A stretch of 64,000 nucleotides of DNA from Acidobacteriota bacterium (GTDB lineage: Bacteria > Acidobacteriota > UBA890 > WLXD01). Within the stretch, counting starts at the first letter, position 1. Each line of letters begins with the position of its first letter. A program made the translations under genes and the position numbers. The stretch is taken from assembly GCA_963666055.2 (NCBI GenBank), contig CAXWPH010000015.1:1504001-1568000 (forward strand), written 5' to 3'. Of this stretch, positions 28,940 through 38,614 are shown in pieces. The notes under the pieces are model-generated. The model ran no database searches. It worked only from the letters and a program-made list of their open reading frames with translations, and was not told the origin of the DNA.

Positions 28940-30484
28940 TCACGGCCGAATGACGCCGACGTTGGCCTCGATCTCGATCACCGTGCCGAAAGGTGCTGAC
29001 ATCTTGGCCAGCCTCTGGAGGATTTGCTGCGCCACCTCTGCCTCGGCCAGCCGCGGCACGCCGCTCTCGGTCAGCCGACGGCCATGGCCGAGATCGACCG
29101 GGTACAGGCGCAGCTCAGCGAGCTGTCCGCCCTCGTAGCGACTCACCGGTACGACGGTCTGGTACACCAGCTCGTCGTTGAAGCCGGACTTGGGCCCGGC
29201 CATCATCAGGAACAGCTCTGCGTCGGTGACATCGTGTCCCACGCCGAAAGTCGTGTCGAGATCGTCGGCGTAGCGCTCGTAGTAGTCGTTGCCGAACGGG
29301 CCCTGTATGTCGCTCCAGAAGAAGTCGCCCAACCCGTAGAAAATCGGCCGACCCTTGTAGATCTCGATTGGGCGCAACCGGTGCGTGCCGGTGCCCACGA
29401 AAGCGTCGGCCCCGGCGTCGATGGCGGCGCGCGCAAACGTCGGCAAGAAGTCGGCCAGCTTGTCATGGCCGAGCCCGGTCTGGTGCACGTGGATCGACAC
29501 GACCAGGAAGTCCGACAGTTGCTTTCCCTGCCTCACGCTGTGGAGGTTTTCGTGCAGGTCGATCTCGTTCATCTCGTACCGGTAGCCGGGTTCGTCACCC
29601 AGACGGAAGCTCGTGTTGAAGAGACTCAGCTCCTCCGGGAGTCGCTGCTCGCCACTACCCGAGTGCTCACCGGTCAGCCCTTCGTAGTCGTCCGGATCCG
29701 AGTTTCCATCCGGGCGTGCGGTGCCGACATTGTTGAGTCGCCGTTGTTCGTCGACGGCATCGCGTAGGCCCACCAGCGACCGCATCATCGCTTCGGTGAC
29801 CATCGTGTGGCGGATCGTCTTCAGAACATTGAGCCCCGGCCGACCTGGAGCGGCGCCTCGTGGCGGGGCCGCTTCGGAGAACTCGGCGAAGGTGGACGCC
29901 ACCGATACCAAGCCGACTCGCCCCTTCGGTGTCTCGAGGAAGCGTGGCGCTCGCGCTTCGGCACGATGCTCGCCCGAGCCAGCGTGCACCAGCCCGGCGC
30001 GGTCTAGCCACCGGCTAGTCTCACGCATGCCGGCTCGCCCCCAGTCGAGCGCGTGGTTGTTGGAACGCGAGAACATATCGAACCCGAGATCCTTGAGGTC
30101 CTGGGCGGTCTGCGGGGTGGCGATGCACCAGCAGCCGCCGTCTTCGGCCTCGGGGTAGCCTGCAAACCTTCGTATGTCGATGAGGCTGGTCTCGAAGTTG
30201 CCGAGGCTCACGTCGGCCTCGCGAATGATCTTCATCACGGCTGCGAAGGCCGGGTCGGTTTCGAGCATCTGGGAATGCGGTCGGGCGATGATGCAATCGC
30301 CGACTGCCGCGAAGGTGAAGCCGTCGTCAATGCTGGTGGCGATCTCGGCGCTGAGCGGTCGCTGCGGGTCGAGCAACGCTTGATTGGACTCGTTGTCCTG
30401 AGCCCCGAGGCTGGTGGCACCGGCGGCCCAGACGAGCGCCACGGCGAGAGCGATAACCACTGAGCATCGGATGCGGAATCGCAT
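28940..30484 (-). CDS. CapA-family metallophosphoesterase-like secreted protein
   Basis: Signal peptide. AVGD, GNFE, SNNHALDWG, HAGSG, VSIH, IEIYKGRPIFYGLGDF. Confidence 0.85.
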   Translation of the reverse strand: MRFRIRCSVVIALAVALVWAAGATSLGAQDNESNQALLDPQRPLSAEIATSIDDGFTFAAVGDCIIARPHSQMLETDPAFAAVMKIIREADVSLGNFETSLIDIRRFAGYPEAEDGGCWCIATPQTAQDLKDLGFDMFSRSNNHALDWGRAGMRETSRWLDRAGLVHAGSGEHRAEARAPRFLETPKGRVGLVSVASTFAEFSEAAPPRGAAPGRPGLNVLKTIRHTMVTEAMMRSLVGLRDAVDEQRRLNNVGTARPDGNSDPDDYEGLTGEHSGSGEQRLPEELSLFNTSFRLGDEPGYRYEMNEIDLHENLHSVRQGKQLSDFLVVSIHVHQTGLGHDKLADFLPTFARAAIDAGADAFVGTGTHRLRPIEIYKGRPIFYGLGDFFWSDIQGPFGNDYYERYADDLDTTFGVGHDVTDAELFLMMAGPKSGFNDELVYQTVVPVSRYEGGQLAELRLYPVDLGHGRRLTESGVPRLAEAEVAQQILQRLAKMSAPFGTVIEIEANVGVIRP

Positions 30485-30636
30485 CGACAGGCCTCCGATT
30501 CAACATTCCTGCGTGCACTCGGACTGGAAACAGCGTCTACTGCAGATGCGACGCGAGTGCAACCCAGGCATCAAGCCTGACGCCAACAGGTACCCATCAC
30601 GAAGGCGAAGTGCCGCCTCGCCGAGGCGTACATAGC

Positions 30637-30720
30637 GAGCGGTTCTTGGATACGAAGCTGGTGACGCTCGATCGGCGGTTACTACAGGCCTTCCCCGAGT
30701 CGACGGTACTTTTGGGCGCT
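30637..30720 (+). pseudogene. C-terminal remnant of a PIN/VapC toxin gene
   Basis: Intergenic DNA translates to ERFLDTKLVTLDRRLLQAFPESTVLL, which resembles PIN C-termini (L.TKLVT.D..LL.AFP). No N-terminal part is present. Confidence 0.55.
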
Positions 30721-30812
30721 TGCTGAGGGCGCAGCTCAGAACTGATCGCCTCGGCGTCGTACCATGAAGTCGAGCTCTCCCGCGCCGCACGGTGTAGTCA
30801 CCGAGGCCTGAG

Positions 30813-33290
30813 ATGAACGCGTTCGTTGCGACCTATGGAGCCCTTGCAGCCATTCCGGTGGTCGCGACGGTCTGCGCAGTGTGCCTGCTGGCGCTGACGC
30901 TGGGCTTTCGCGGCGCGCGCCTGCCTATCTGGACGCTCGTCGGTGCGGCGATGCTCTGGGGCCTCGGCGCGCCGATCTGGGCTTGGATGCTATTCGCTGC
31001 GCCGGCGCTGGTGTTCAACGTCGGCCCGCTGCGCCGACCGCTGGCGACGGCGCCGGTGATGGCCATCATTCGTAGGCTGCAACTGCTGCCGCGTATCTCC
31101 GACACCGAGCGCGTTGCCATCGAGGCGGGCACGGTGTGGGTCGATCGTGAGCTGTTCTCTGGCAAGCCCGATCTCGACCGCCTGCTCAGCGAGCCCTATC
31201 CCGGACTGACTGCCGAGGAGCAGGCCTTTCTCGACGGACCCGTCGAGGAGGTCTGCCGTCTCACCGACGACTACGAGGTTTCGCGGCAGCGTGTGCTTCC
31301 GAAAGAGGTCTGGGAGCTCTACGCGAGGCACCGCTTCTTCGGCATGATCATACCGAAGGAATACGGTGGCCTGGGATTCTCCGCCTCGGCCAACAGCGCG
31401 GTGGTCGGGAAGCTTTCCTCGCGATCGACACAGCTACAGGTGAACGTCGGCGTAACGAACTCGCTCGGGCCGGCGGAACTGCTGATCCGTTACGGCACCG
31501 ACGAGCAGAAGAACTACTACCTTCCACGCCTGGCACGCGCCGAGGAGATTCCGTGCTTCGCGCTCACCGAGCCGGGCGCGGGCTCCGACGCCGGCTCCTT
31601 GACCTCCCATGGAACGGTATTTTGCGACGATGATGGCGAGCTGCGGCTGCGACTGACCTGGGACAAGCGCTATATCACCCTGGCCCCCGTTTCGACCCTT
31701 ATTGGCTTGGCCTTTCAGCTGCGCGATCCTGAAAACCTGTGGGGCAAAGGTACGACCCCGGGCATCACCTGTGCGCTGATCCCCGCCGATACGCCAGGCG
31801 TCGACGTGAGCCTACGGCACGATCCGCTCGGCCCGCCTTTCCATAACGGGCCGACCGTAGGCACGGACGTGGTGGTCGGCCTCGACGCCATCATCGGCGG
31901 GCCGGACGGAGCCGGCAGAGGTTGGCAGATGCTCATGGAGTGCCTGGCGGCCGGTCGCGGTATCTCGCTACCGGGTTCGGCGGCCGGGGGTGTCAAGACC
32001 TTAGCCCGAGTGGTCGGTGCCTACGCCTCGGTGCGCCACCAGTTCGGCATGTCGATCGGCAAGTTCGAGGGCATCCAAGAACCGCTGGCGCGGATCGGCG
32101 GTATTGCCTATGTGCTGGAGGCGGCGCGTCGCTACACCAATGGGGCGCTAGACGCACATGCTCAACCCGCCGTGATTACGGCGATCGCCAAGTACAACTT
32201 CACCGAGCTGGCGCGCCAGGCGGTGACCGACGGTATGGACATTCTCGGCGGTGCCGCGATCATGCAAGGACCGCGCAACCTGATCGCCAGCGGTTGGGCA
32301 GGCGTTCCGGTCAGCATCACGGTAGAGGGTGCCAACATCCTCACCCGCACGCTGATCGTATTCGGCCAGGGCGCCATCCGATCCCATCCGTTTGCCTACC
32401 TCGAGATCAAGGCGCTGGCGGCGAACGATCAGAGGGAGTTCGACGCGGCGTTCTGGGGCCACGTCGGCATGGTAGTGCGGAGCCTGTGCCGTGCCATCGT
32501 CCTGGGGCTGACGCGCGGGCGCCTGGCCAGGTCACCTGTAGATGGGCCGGCGGCTCCCTACTACCGCAAGCTGGCATGGACGTCGGCGACCTTTGCCTTG
32601 CTCGCCGATCTGGCGATGGTCACGATGGGCGGCCAGCTCAAGCGCAAAGGCGCGCTGACCGGCCGCTTCGCCGACGTGTTCTCGTGGATGTACCTGGGGA
32701 GCGCTGTGCTGAGGCGCTTCGAAGCGGAGGGGCGTCGCCGCGAGGACTTGCCGCTGCTGCACTGGTCGATGATGGATGCGTTCGCACGGATTCAGGGTGC
32801 GCTTGAGGGAATACTTCAGAACCTCGACGTGCCGCTTCTCGGCATGCTCCTGCGCGGCCCGGTGGCGGCGTTCGCACGCTGGAATCGCATCGGCCGGCGC
32901 CCCGATGATCACCTCGCCGGCGAGGTCGCCCGTATTCTGCAGACGCCTGGCGCGCAGCGCGACGCTCTGACCGCCGGGATCTATATACCCGACGATGCCA
33001 GCCAAGGTCTCGGGCGCCTCGAGCATGCCTTCGGGCTGAGCTTTCAGGCCGAGGGTGTAACGCGGAAGATCAAGGCCGCCGTCCGCAAGCGCCAGTTGCC
33101 AGAGTCCGACCCCGCAACGCTGGTAGACAATGCGGTCAAGGCCGGTTTGATCACCGTGCAGGAGGCAGCGCTCGTCGCGGCCGCCGAAGCGGCGCGCGAC
33201 GACGCGATTCAGGTCGACTCGTTTACCAAGGACGAGTACATGGCGATCTCCGCCGGCGATGCTGTGACGGGCACGGTGGGCGTCAGCTAG
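30813..33290 (+). CDS. fadE: Long acyl-CoA dehydrogenase (FadE type, with DUF1974-like C-terminus)
   Basis: ISDTERVAIEAGTVW, NSLGPAELL, CFALTEPGAGSDA, WDKRYITLAP, QFGMSIGKFEG, ITVEGANILTR. Confidence 0.95.
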   Translation: MNAFVATYGALAAIPVVATVCAVCLLALTLGFRGARLPIWTLVGAAMLWGLGAPIWAWMLFAAPALVFNVGPLRRPLATAPVMAIIRRLQLLPRISDTERVAIEAGTVWVDRELFSGKPDLDRLLSEPYPGLTAEEQAFLDGPVEEVCRLTDDYEVSRQRVLPKEVWELYARHRFFGMIIPKEYGGLGFSASANSAVVGKLSSRSTQLQVNVGVTNSLGPAELLIRYGTDEQKNYYLPRLARAEEIPCFALTEPGAGSDAGSLTSHGTVFCDDDGELRLRLTWDKRYITLAPVSTLIGLAFQLRDPENLWGKGTTPGITCALIPADTPGVDVSLRHDPLGPPFHNGPTVGTDVVVGLDAIIGGPDGAGRGWQMLMECLAAGRGISLPGSAAGGVKTLARVVGAYASVRHQFGMSIGKFEGIQEPLARIGGIAYVLEAARRYTNGALDAHAQPAVITAIAKYNFTELARQAVTDGMDILGGAAIMQGPRNLIASGWAGVPVSITVEGANILTRTLIVFGQGAIRSHPFAYLEIKALAANDQREFDAAFWGHVGMVVRSLCRAIVLGLTRGRLARSPVDGPAAPYYRKLAWTSATFALLADLAMVTMGGQLKRKGALTGRFADVFSWMYLGSAVLRRFEAEGRRREDLPLLHWSMMDAFARIQGALEGILQNLDVPLLGMLLRGPVAAFARWNRIGRRPDDHLAGEVARILQTPGAQRDALTAGIYIPDDASQGLGRLEHAFGLSFQAEGVTRKIKAAVRKRQLPESDPATLVDNAVKAGLITVQEAALVAAAEAARDDAIQVDSFTKDEYMAISAGDAVTGTVGVS

Positions 33291-34576
33291 CGAACGATGG
33301 CTTGATAGACCATCGTCTGGAACTTCGCCTGCAGGTCGCTGTTGCCGGCGGGTATCAGCTGCGTCATGAGCACCGCCACGAGCTCCTCGGCGGGGTCGAC
33401 CCAGTAGGTCGTATGGTAGGCGCCTCCCCAGCTGTATGCGCCATCGCTCCCGTACTGTCCGGTGGTGCCGAGATCGAGCGTCACCCGGAATCCGAGGCCG
33501 AATCCCGCCCCTGCAGCCCAAGGAAAGCGATCTGCGACGTGATTGACGGTCATCAACTCGACCGTCTTCGGGCTCAGGAGACGCTCGCCGTCGAGCGCAC
33601 CGCCGGCCAGCAGCATCTGCAGGAAGCGCGCGTAGTCGCTGGCGGTCGATAGCAAACCGGCGCCACCCGAGAAACTCTTGCGCGGCCCGTCCACATAGGC
33701 GCCCTGGGCGATCATGCCGCCGACATCCGGCGACCGTTCGATGCCTCCCTCGGGCGTGGCCGCGTATACCGTCGCCAGTCGGTCGCGCTTCTCGACCGGC
33801 AGGTAGAAGTGGGTGTCGGTCATGCCGAGGGGGTCGAGGATCCTTTCCCGAAAGAACGAGTCGAGATCGGTGCCTGAGACGCGTTCGATCAGCGCTCCGA
33901 GAATGTCGCTCGAGTACCTATAGATCCACTCGTCGCCCGGATGAGCGTTGAACGGCAGGGCGGCCAAGCGATCTACCGTGACGCCGATGGGCTCGTCGTT
34001 GTCGGCGAAATACCATCCGTAGATCTCGGCCTCCTGGTAGGCGGCCACCGCCGCGCCGTCGCCGTACGAGATGCCGGCCGAGTGGGTAAGCAGATCGCGC
34101 ACCGTGATGGGCCGCTTCGACTCCACCACGTCGTAGCCGCCGTCGTCTCCGGCTACCGCAACCGTGGTGTCGGCAAACGCCGGTAGGTACTTACCCACGG
34201 GGTCGGAAAGCAGCATGCGCCCTTCCTCGACCAGCATCATTGCCGCCACACTGGTCACCGCCTTGGACTGCGAGGCGATCCTGAAGATCGAGTCGCGTCG
34301 CATCGGGGCACCGGCCTCGACGTCGCGCTGCCCGAACGCCTCGTGATACACGACCTTGCCGCCGCGCGTCAGCAACGCCACCATTCCGGCTAGCCTGCCC
34401 TCGTCCACGTAGCCTTGCAGGACATCGCTCAAGCGATCCAGGCGTGTGCTCGAAACGCCCACCGCCTCGGGTACGGCCACCGGAGTTTGTTGTGCGAGCG
34501 CCGTGCTCGAGAGCGCCAGAGCGCCAACCAGGGCGGCGAGAGCGAGGGGGCGACGAGCTGGAAAGGGCAGGTTCAT
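33287..34576 (-). CDS. Secreted serine hydrolase (beta-lactamase/esterase family)
   Basis: Signal peptide. FRIASQSK, LLTHSAG, SGGAGL, WGGAYHT. Its stop codon shares a CTAG with the fadE stop. Confidence 0.9.
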   Translation of the reverse strand: MNLPFPARRPLALAALVGALALSSTALAQQTPVAVPEAVGVSSTRLDRLSDVLQGYVDEGRLAGMVALLTRGGKVVYHEAFGQRDVEAGAPMRRDSIFRIASQSKAVTSVAAMMLVEEGRMLLSDPVGKYLPAFADTTVAVAGDDGGYDVVESKRPITVRDLLTHSAGISYGDGAAVAAYQEAEIYGWYFADNDEPIGVTVDRLAALPFNAHPGDEWIYRYSSDILGALIERVSGTDLDSFFRERILDPLGMTDTHFYLPVEKRDRLATVYAATPEGGIERSPDVGGMIAQGAYVDGPRKSFSGGAGLLSTASDYARFLQMLLAGGALDGERLLSPKTVELMTVNHVADRFPWAAGAGFGLGFRVTLDLGTTGQYGSDGAYSWGGAYHTTYWVDPAEELVAVLMTQLIPAGNSDLQAKFQTMVYQAIVR

Positions 34577-34619
34577 CGGGTTCTCCTGGTCTCGACAGCG
34601 TCTCGGCAGGCTGCTGCCG

Positions 34620-35085
34620 CCGCAGGTTGTTTCGTCGCATCATGCCGCCCCACCCGGAGCGCCTGTCGTCGGGCGCCGCGGCGGTGAACGCGTTCGCAGT
34701 GGATCGCTGGGAAAGCCTGGGGGCCGTTCCGGTCGAGCAGGCGGTCGACGAAGTCGTTCGTTTCCTACGATCGAACGCCGGCGAGCGCATGATCCTGCTG
34801 ACCGCGTTCAACGTTTGGTTCGATGCCGCGTTCCTGGATCATCTATTCCGCGCCGCGAATCGCGATTGGCGTGAGATGCAGAACGAAGGCCTGGTGTCGT
34901 ACCACCTGCTCGACCTACCTTCGATGGCCTGGTCGATGGGCTACCGTCAGGTCTACGGAGTCGGTTTGCCGGCCGCCCTGGGCATCGAGCGCGAGGTCGA
35001 TGAGCCCCTGCTGCATACTGGTCTGACCGGCGCCGAGTTCAACCTGCTCATGTACCGTCGACTGCTCCAGCTGGCGGGCGAATGA
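34620..35085 (+). pseudogene. 5'-truncated DEDD-type 3'-5' exonuclease
   Basis: Retains AFNVWFD (ExoII-like), LLDLPS and LHTG motifs. No upstream DxETTG (ExoI) motif, and there is no room before the divergent gene starting at 34576. Confidence 0.6.
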
Positions 35086-35140
35086 GCGGCGGTCTAGTTT
35101 CCGCACGGGACATGGGCGGCTTCGGCGGGGAGGTTTTCGA

Positions 35141-35848
35141 ATGAAAGATTGGCGAGTACTTTTACTTCTGGTCTGTTTTGTCGGGGTGGGATGCCAGCAG
35201 GTGGCGGATCCCTCATCGACGCTTTCCCCGACCGGCTCCGACGTCGCGCTCGACACGGCACAACAGCGCGGCAGCTATGCGCAGGGCTGGGGCGTCGGCA
35301 GACAGGGAAGCTCGATGCCGCTCGATAACGAGGCCTTCATTGCCGGCATGCGCGATGCTCTCTCCGGGGCCGAGAGCCGTCTGACCGACGCCGAGATGCA
35401 GCAGGCGATGGTGGATTTCAACGCCTTTGTCACCGAAGCACGGACGGGGTCGGCTGCCGAGAACCGCGCCGCTGGGGCGGCGTTTCTGGAGCAGAACGCC
35501 CAGCGCGAGGGCGTGCGTGTCACCGACAGCGGTCTGCAGTACGAGGTTGTATTCGAGGGCGACGGGGCGCGGCCGAAAGAGACCGACGTGGTCAAGGTGC
35601 TCTATCGCGGCACGCGCATCGACGGCGAAGTGTTCGACGAGACCGACCCTGCGCGCCCGGCGCAGTTCTCCGTGAACCAGGTGATCGCCGGGTGGACCGA
35701 GGGGCTGCAGCTGATGTCGCTGGGCGCCAAGTACAAGCTCTATATCCCGGCCGACCTGGCGTATGGCGACAGTCCGCGCCCGGGCGTGATTCAACCGGGT
35801 GACACGCTGGTCTTCGACGTCGAGATCGTCGAGTTGCTACAGCGCTGA
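35141..35848 (+). CDS. FKBP-type peptidyl-prolyl isomerase (Mip/FkpA-like lipoprotein)
   Basis: Lipobox GVGC. SYAQG, TDSGLQY, YRGT..DGEVFD, VIAGWTEGLQLM, LAYG, TLVFDVE. Confidence 0.95.
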   Translation: MKDWRVLLLLVCFVGVGCQQVADPSSTLSPTGSDVALDTAQQRGSYAQGWGVGRQGSSMPLDNEAFIAGMRDALSGAESRLTDAEMQQAMVDFNAFVTEARTGSAAENRAAGAAFLEQNAQREGVRVTDSGLQYEVVFEGDGARPKETDVVKVLYRGTRIDGEVFDETDPARPAQFSVNQVIAGWTEGLQLMSLGAKYKLYIPADLAYGDSPRPGVIQPGDTLVFDVEIVELLQR

Positions 35849-35883
35849 CCACGCCCTGCCAGCCGAGCTTGCCGGCGCCCTGC

Positions 35884-37737
35884 TCAGCTCGCCACAGACT
35901 CCGAGATGCAGGCCAAAAACGTCTCGCCGAGGTCTGCGAGCTTCTTCTCGCCGACGCCGTGCACCTGCAGGAACTGCTCCGGGCTGGCCGGCTTCTTGCG
36001 TGCCATGTCGCGTAGGCTGGCGTCGCTGAAGATCACGTACGGAGGGACGTTGCGCGCCCGTGCCAAGCGGGTGCGCAGGGCGCGCAGATCTTCGAACAGC
36101 TCGCGGTCGACGCCCTCCCAAGACGCCGCCTCACCACGCGTTGTGCGTACCCGGCGCGTCCTGACGGGCACCAGCTGAACCTGCTGTTCGCCGCGTAGCA
36201 CCCGCATCGAGGTCTCGTTGAGCAGCAGCACCGGGTACTCGCCGTCGCTGCGATCGAGCACGCGTTGGTCGAGGAGCTGGAAAGTCAGATTCATGAGCTC
36301 CGTGCGTGTGCGATCGGCGATCAGGCCATAGGTGCTCAGCGCATCGTGTCCGAGCGACCGAATCCGCTCGGTATCGGCACCGCGAAGCACATCGGCCACG
36401 TGGCCGATGCCATACGATTGGCCCACACGCGCAACGCACGACAGCACCATCTGAGCCTCCTTGGTACCGTCGACGAGGCCCTCGGTTTCGCCGAGGCACA
36501 CGTCGCAGGCGCCGCAGCCGTCGTCGGCTGGCGGCTCGTAGCGCTGCCCGAAGTATTCGGTGAGCGACCGGTGTCGACACGTTCCGGGGGCACAGAACCG
36601 CCGCATCTCGTCGAGCAGGCCGAGTGAGGCCTGTAGCCCTTCGCGCCTGCCGCCGTCGTCGGCATCGCTGCGCTCCAGAACTGTTCGCCAGCGGAGTGCA
36701 TCGGCTGGCGAATGCAATAGCACGCATTCCGCCGTCAGCCCATCGCGGCCGGCGCGACCGGTCTCCTGCTGGTAGTGCTCCACCGACTTCGGCATGGCGG
36801 CGTGGATGACGCAGCGGACGTCGCTGCGGTCGATGCCCATGCCGAAGGCTACGGTGGCGACGATGACGTCGATCTCTTCGGTAGCGAACGCATCTTGCGT
36901 TCGGCTGCGCTCGCTCGCTTCGAGGCCAGCGTGATAGTAGGCGGCTCGATGACCCTGTGCCTGGAGGCCCTCGGCCAGCCGCTCGGTGTCCTTGCGGCTG
37001 ATGCAGTAGACGATTATTGCCTCGTTGGGGTGACGCTGGAGGATTTCGAGGACCTGGGCGCGCAGCTCTAGGCGCGGTACCACCCGGTAGATCAGATTGG
37101 GACGGTCGAAGCTGCCGACCAGAATCGTCGGCGACTCCAGTCCAAGCTGCTCGACGATATCGGCACGCACGCGCTCTGTGGCAGTAGCGGTGTAGGCATG
37201 CAGGCTGGCGCCCGGAATACGCTCTTTCAGTACCGCCAGCTGCCGGTACTCCGGCCGGAAATCATGACCCCAGTGGCTGATGCAGTGGGCTTCGTCGACC
37301 GCGAAGGTTCTGATCTGTAGCTGCTCGACGGTTTCCAGGAACCACGAGCTAACCAGGCGCTCCGGCGACACGAACACCAGTCGACAATCGCCGGATGCGA
37401 TGAAACGTTGCGCCTCGGCGCGCTCGGCCGGATCCTGGGCGCTGTGCAGGCTGGCGGCCGGATAGCCGTTGGCGCGCAACCCGTCGACCTGGTCCTTCAT
37501 CAAGGAGATCAACGGCGAAACCACGATGTCGGTGCGACCGGCCAGCAGCGGGGGCACCTGGTAGCACAATGACTTGCCGCCGCCGGTAGGCAAGACGACC
37601 AGCGAATCGTGTCGATCGAGCTCGGCGCGAATCGCATCCTGTTGCAATGGCCGCAGGGAGTCGAAGCCCCAGTAACGGCGCACCACACCGGCGATGTCAT
37701 CCGTGCCGCTACCGATATCGAAGGGAAGCACGGTCAT
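35884..37737 (-). CDS. recQ: ATP-dependent DNA helicase RecQ
   Basis: LPTGGGKSLCYQ, VDEAHCISHWGHDFRPEY, ATVAFGMGID, QETGRAGRDG, Zn motif CR..CGACDVC, RQC and HRDC domains. Confidence 0.97.
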   Translation of the reverse strand: MTVLPFDIGSGTDDIAGVVRRYWGFDSLRPLQQDAIRAELDRHDSLVVLPTGGGKSLCYQVPPLLAGRTDIVVSPLISLMKDQVDGLRANGYPAASLHSAQDPAERAEAQRFIASGDCRLVFVSPERLVSSWFLETVEQLQIRTFAVDEAHCISHWGHDFRPEYRQLAVLKERIPGASLHAYTATATERVRADIVEQLGLESPTILVGSFDRPNLIYRVVPRLELRAQVLEILQRHPNEAIIVYCISRKDTERLAEGLQAQGHRAAYYHAGLEASERSRTQDAFATEEIDVIVATVAFGMGIDRSDVRCVIHAAMPKSVEHYQQETGRAGRDGLTAECVLLHSPADALRWRTVLERSDADDGGRREGLQASLGLLDEMRRFCAPGTCRHRSLTEYFGQRYEPPADDGCGACDVCLGETEGLVDGTKEAQMVLSCVARVGQSYGIGHVADVLRGADTERIRSLGHDALSTYGLIADRTRTELMNLTFQLLDQRVLDRSDGEYPVLLLNETSMRVLRGEQQVQLVPVRTRRVRTTRGEAASWEGVDRELFEDLRALRTRLARARNVPPYVIFSDASLRDMARKKPASPEQFLQVHGVGEKKLADLGETFLACISESVAS

Positions 37738-37887
37738 CGGAGACGGTCATTCATGCAGAGAGCCCACCACAGTTGCCGGGCCGCCCCCCGGCGGCAGCGA
37801 CTAACCATAGCCCGTCGAACCGGTCAGCGTGACAGCCGTTGGTGAATGTTGCGCTGGCGAATTTGCTGACCCAGGCCGCAGCCGATG

Positions 37888-37977
37888 CTAGCAGGCCGTG
37901 ATGGAGATGTGGCGGGTCTGGCGACAAGGTCTCGCGAGGCGCAGGCAAGGAGAAAGGAGGAGGCGATGGTTACTCCA
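37888..37977. mobile_element. MITE left end plus half of hairpin module B (truncated at the loop)
   Basis: CTAGCAGGCCGTGATGGAGATGTGGCGGGTCTGGCGACAAGGTCTCGCGAGGCGCAGGCAAGGAGAAAGGAGGAGGCGATGGTTACTCCA closely matches the reverse complement of 61547-61636. Confidence 0.85.
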
Positions 37978-38138
37978 CTGCGGCCGCCGAGGAGAAGGTC
38001 AACGGATTCGCCGAGTGGCGTCGTTCCGCGGTCGCTGGGTGTCCGCGAAAGCGTCGATATATCGTCGAATCCGAGACTCTCGGCTGCCGAAGTGTCTGGA
38101 TAACGCCGATTCCGGGGAGAATCAGCCGTGTGCGCGGT

Positions 38139-38154
38139 CGGCACTGATCTTGCA
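38139..38154 (+). promoter_or_regulatory. Sigma54-like (-24/-12) promoter
   Basis: CGGCAC-TGATC-TTGCA matches TGGCAC-N5-TTGCW, about 50 nt upstream of the TTG start at 38205. Confidence 0.55.
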
Positions 38155-38204
38155 TCGACAGTTTGACGGGTTCCCCGCAATCCCCTCCGCCGGGAGGAAG
38201 ACCA

Positions 38205-38579
38205 TTGTCAAAGGGCCGAGTTACCACCGTGCTCGGTGTCGCCCTCGCGGTCGGCACACTTGCCTTCGCGGCTGGCTGTGCCAGTCACTACGGTCGCTAC
38301 GGAGTGTCCTACGGGCACTCGGCGCCGGGTTGGCACTACGGATCGTCGTTCAACGTTGGCGGGCTGGGATTCCAGGTGCTGTACAGCAACTACGGACCTC
38401 GGCGCGGCCACTATTTCCGCTCCGCGCGGTTTGGGTCCTCGCGCTACTGCGGTCGGTACTGCTACCGAGATCGCGGCCACTACTACCATCACTCGGGCTG
38501 CGGACACTTCGGCCGCTACGTGGCGGGCTACGGCTACAACGTCGGCTCGTTGTTGCGCCACTACGGGCCACAGTACTGA
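38205..38579 (+). CDS. Small Gly/Tyr/His/Arg-rich lipoprotein (124 aa)
   Basis: GGAGG RBS then TTG. Signal peptide with lipobox FAAGC. Mature part is rich in G/Y/H/R and includes YCGRYCY and HYYHHSGC. Confidence 0.75.
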   Translation: MSKGRVTTVLGVALAVGTLAFAAGCASHYGRYGVSYGHSAPGWHYGSSFNVGGLGFQVLYSNYGPRRGHYFRSARFGSSRYCGRYCYRDRGHYYHHSGCGHFGRYVAGYGYNVGSLLRHYGPQY

Positions 38580-38588
38580 CTCGCGTCA

Positions 38589-38614
38589 GCCACACTTCCA
38601 CCACGGCCTGCTAG
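38589..38614. mobile_element. MITE right TIR
   Basis: GCCACACTTCCACCACGGCCTGCTAG, identical to 22637-22662. The CTA is the stop codon of the TPP-enzyme gene. Confidence 0.85.

Noticed and set aside
28940-30484. Poly-gamma-glutamate capsule locus
   Set aside because: Only a stand-alone CapA-domain gene is present; no capB/capC neighbours.
21145-34576. Beta-lactamase-family genes as antibiotic resistance determinants
   Set aside because: Both have generic serine hydrolase/esterase features (SxxK plus family motifs) and no mobile resistance context. One is interrupted.
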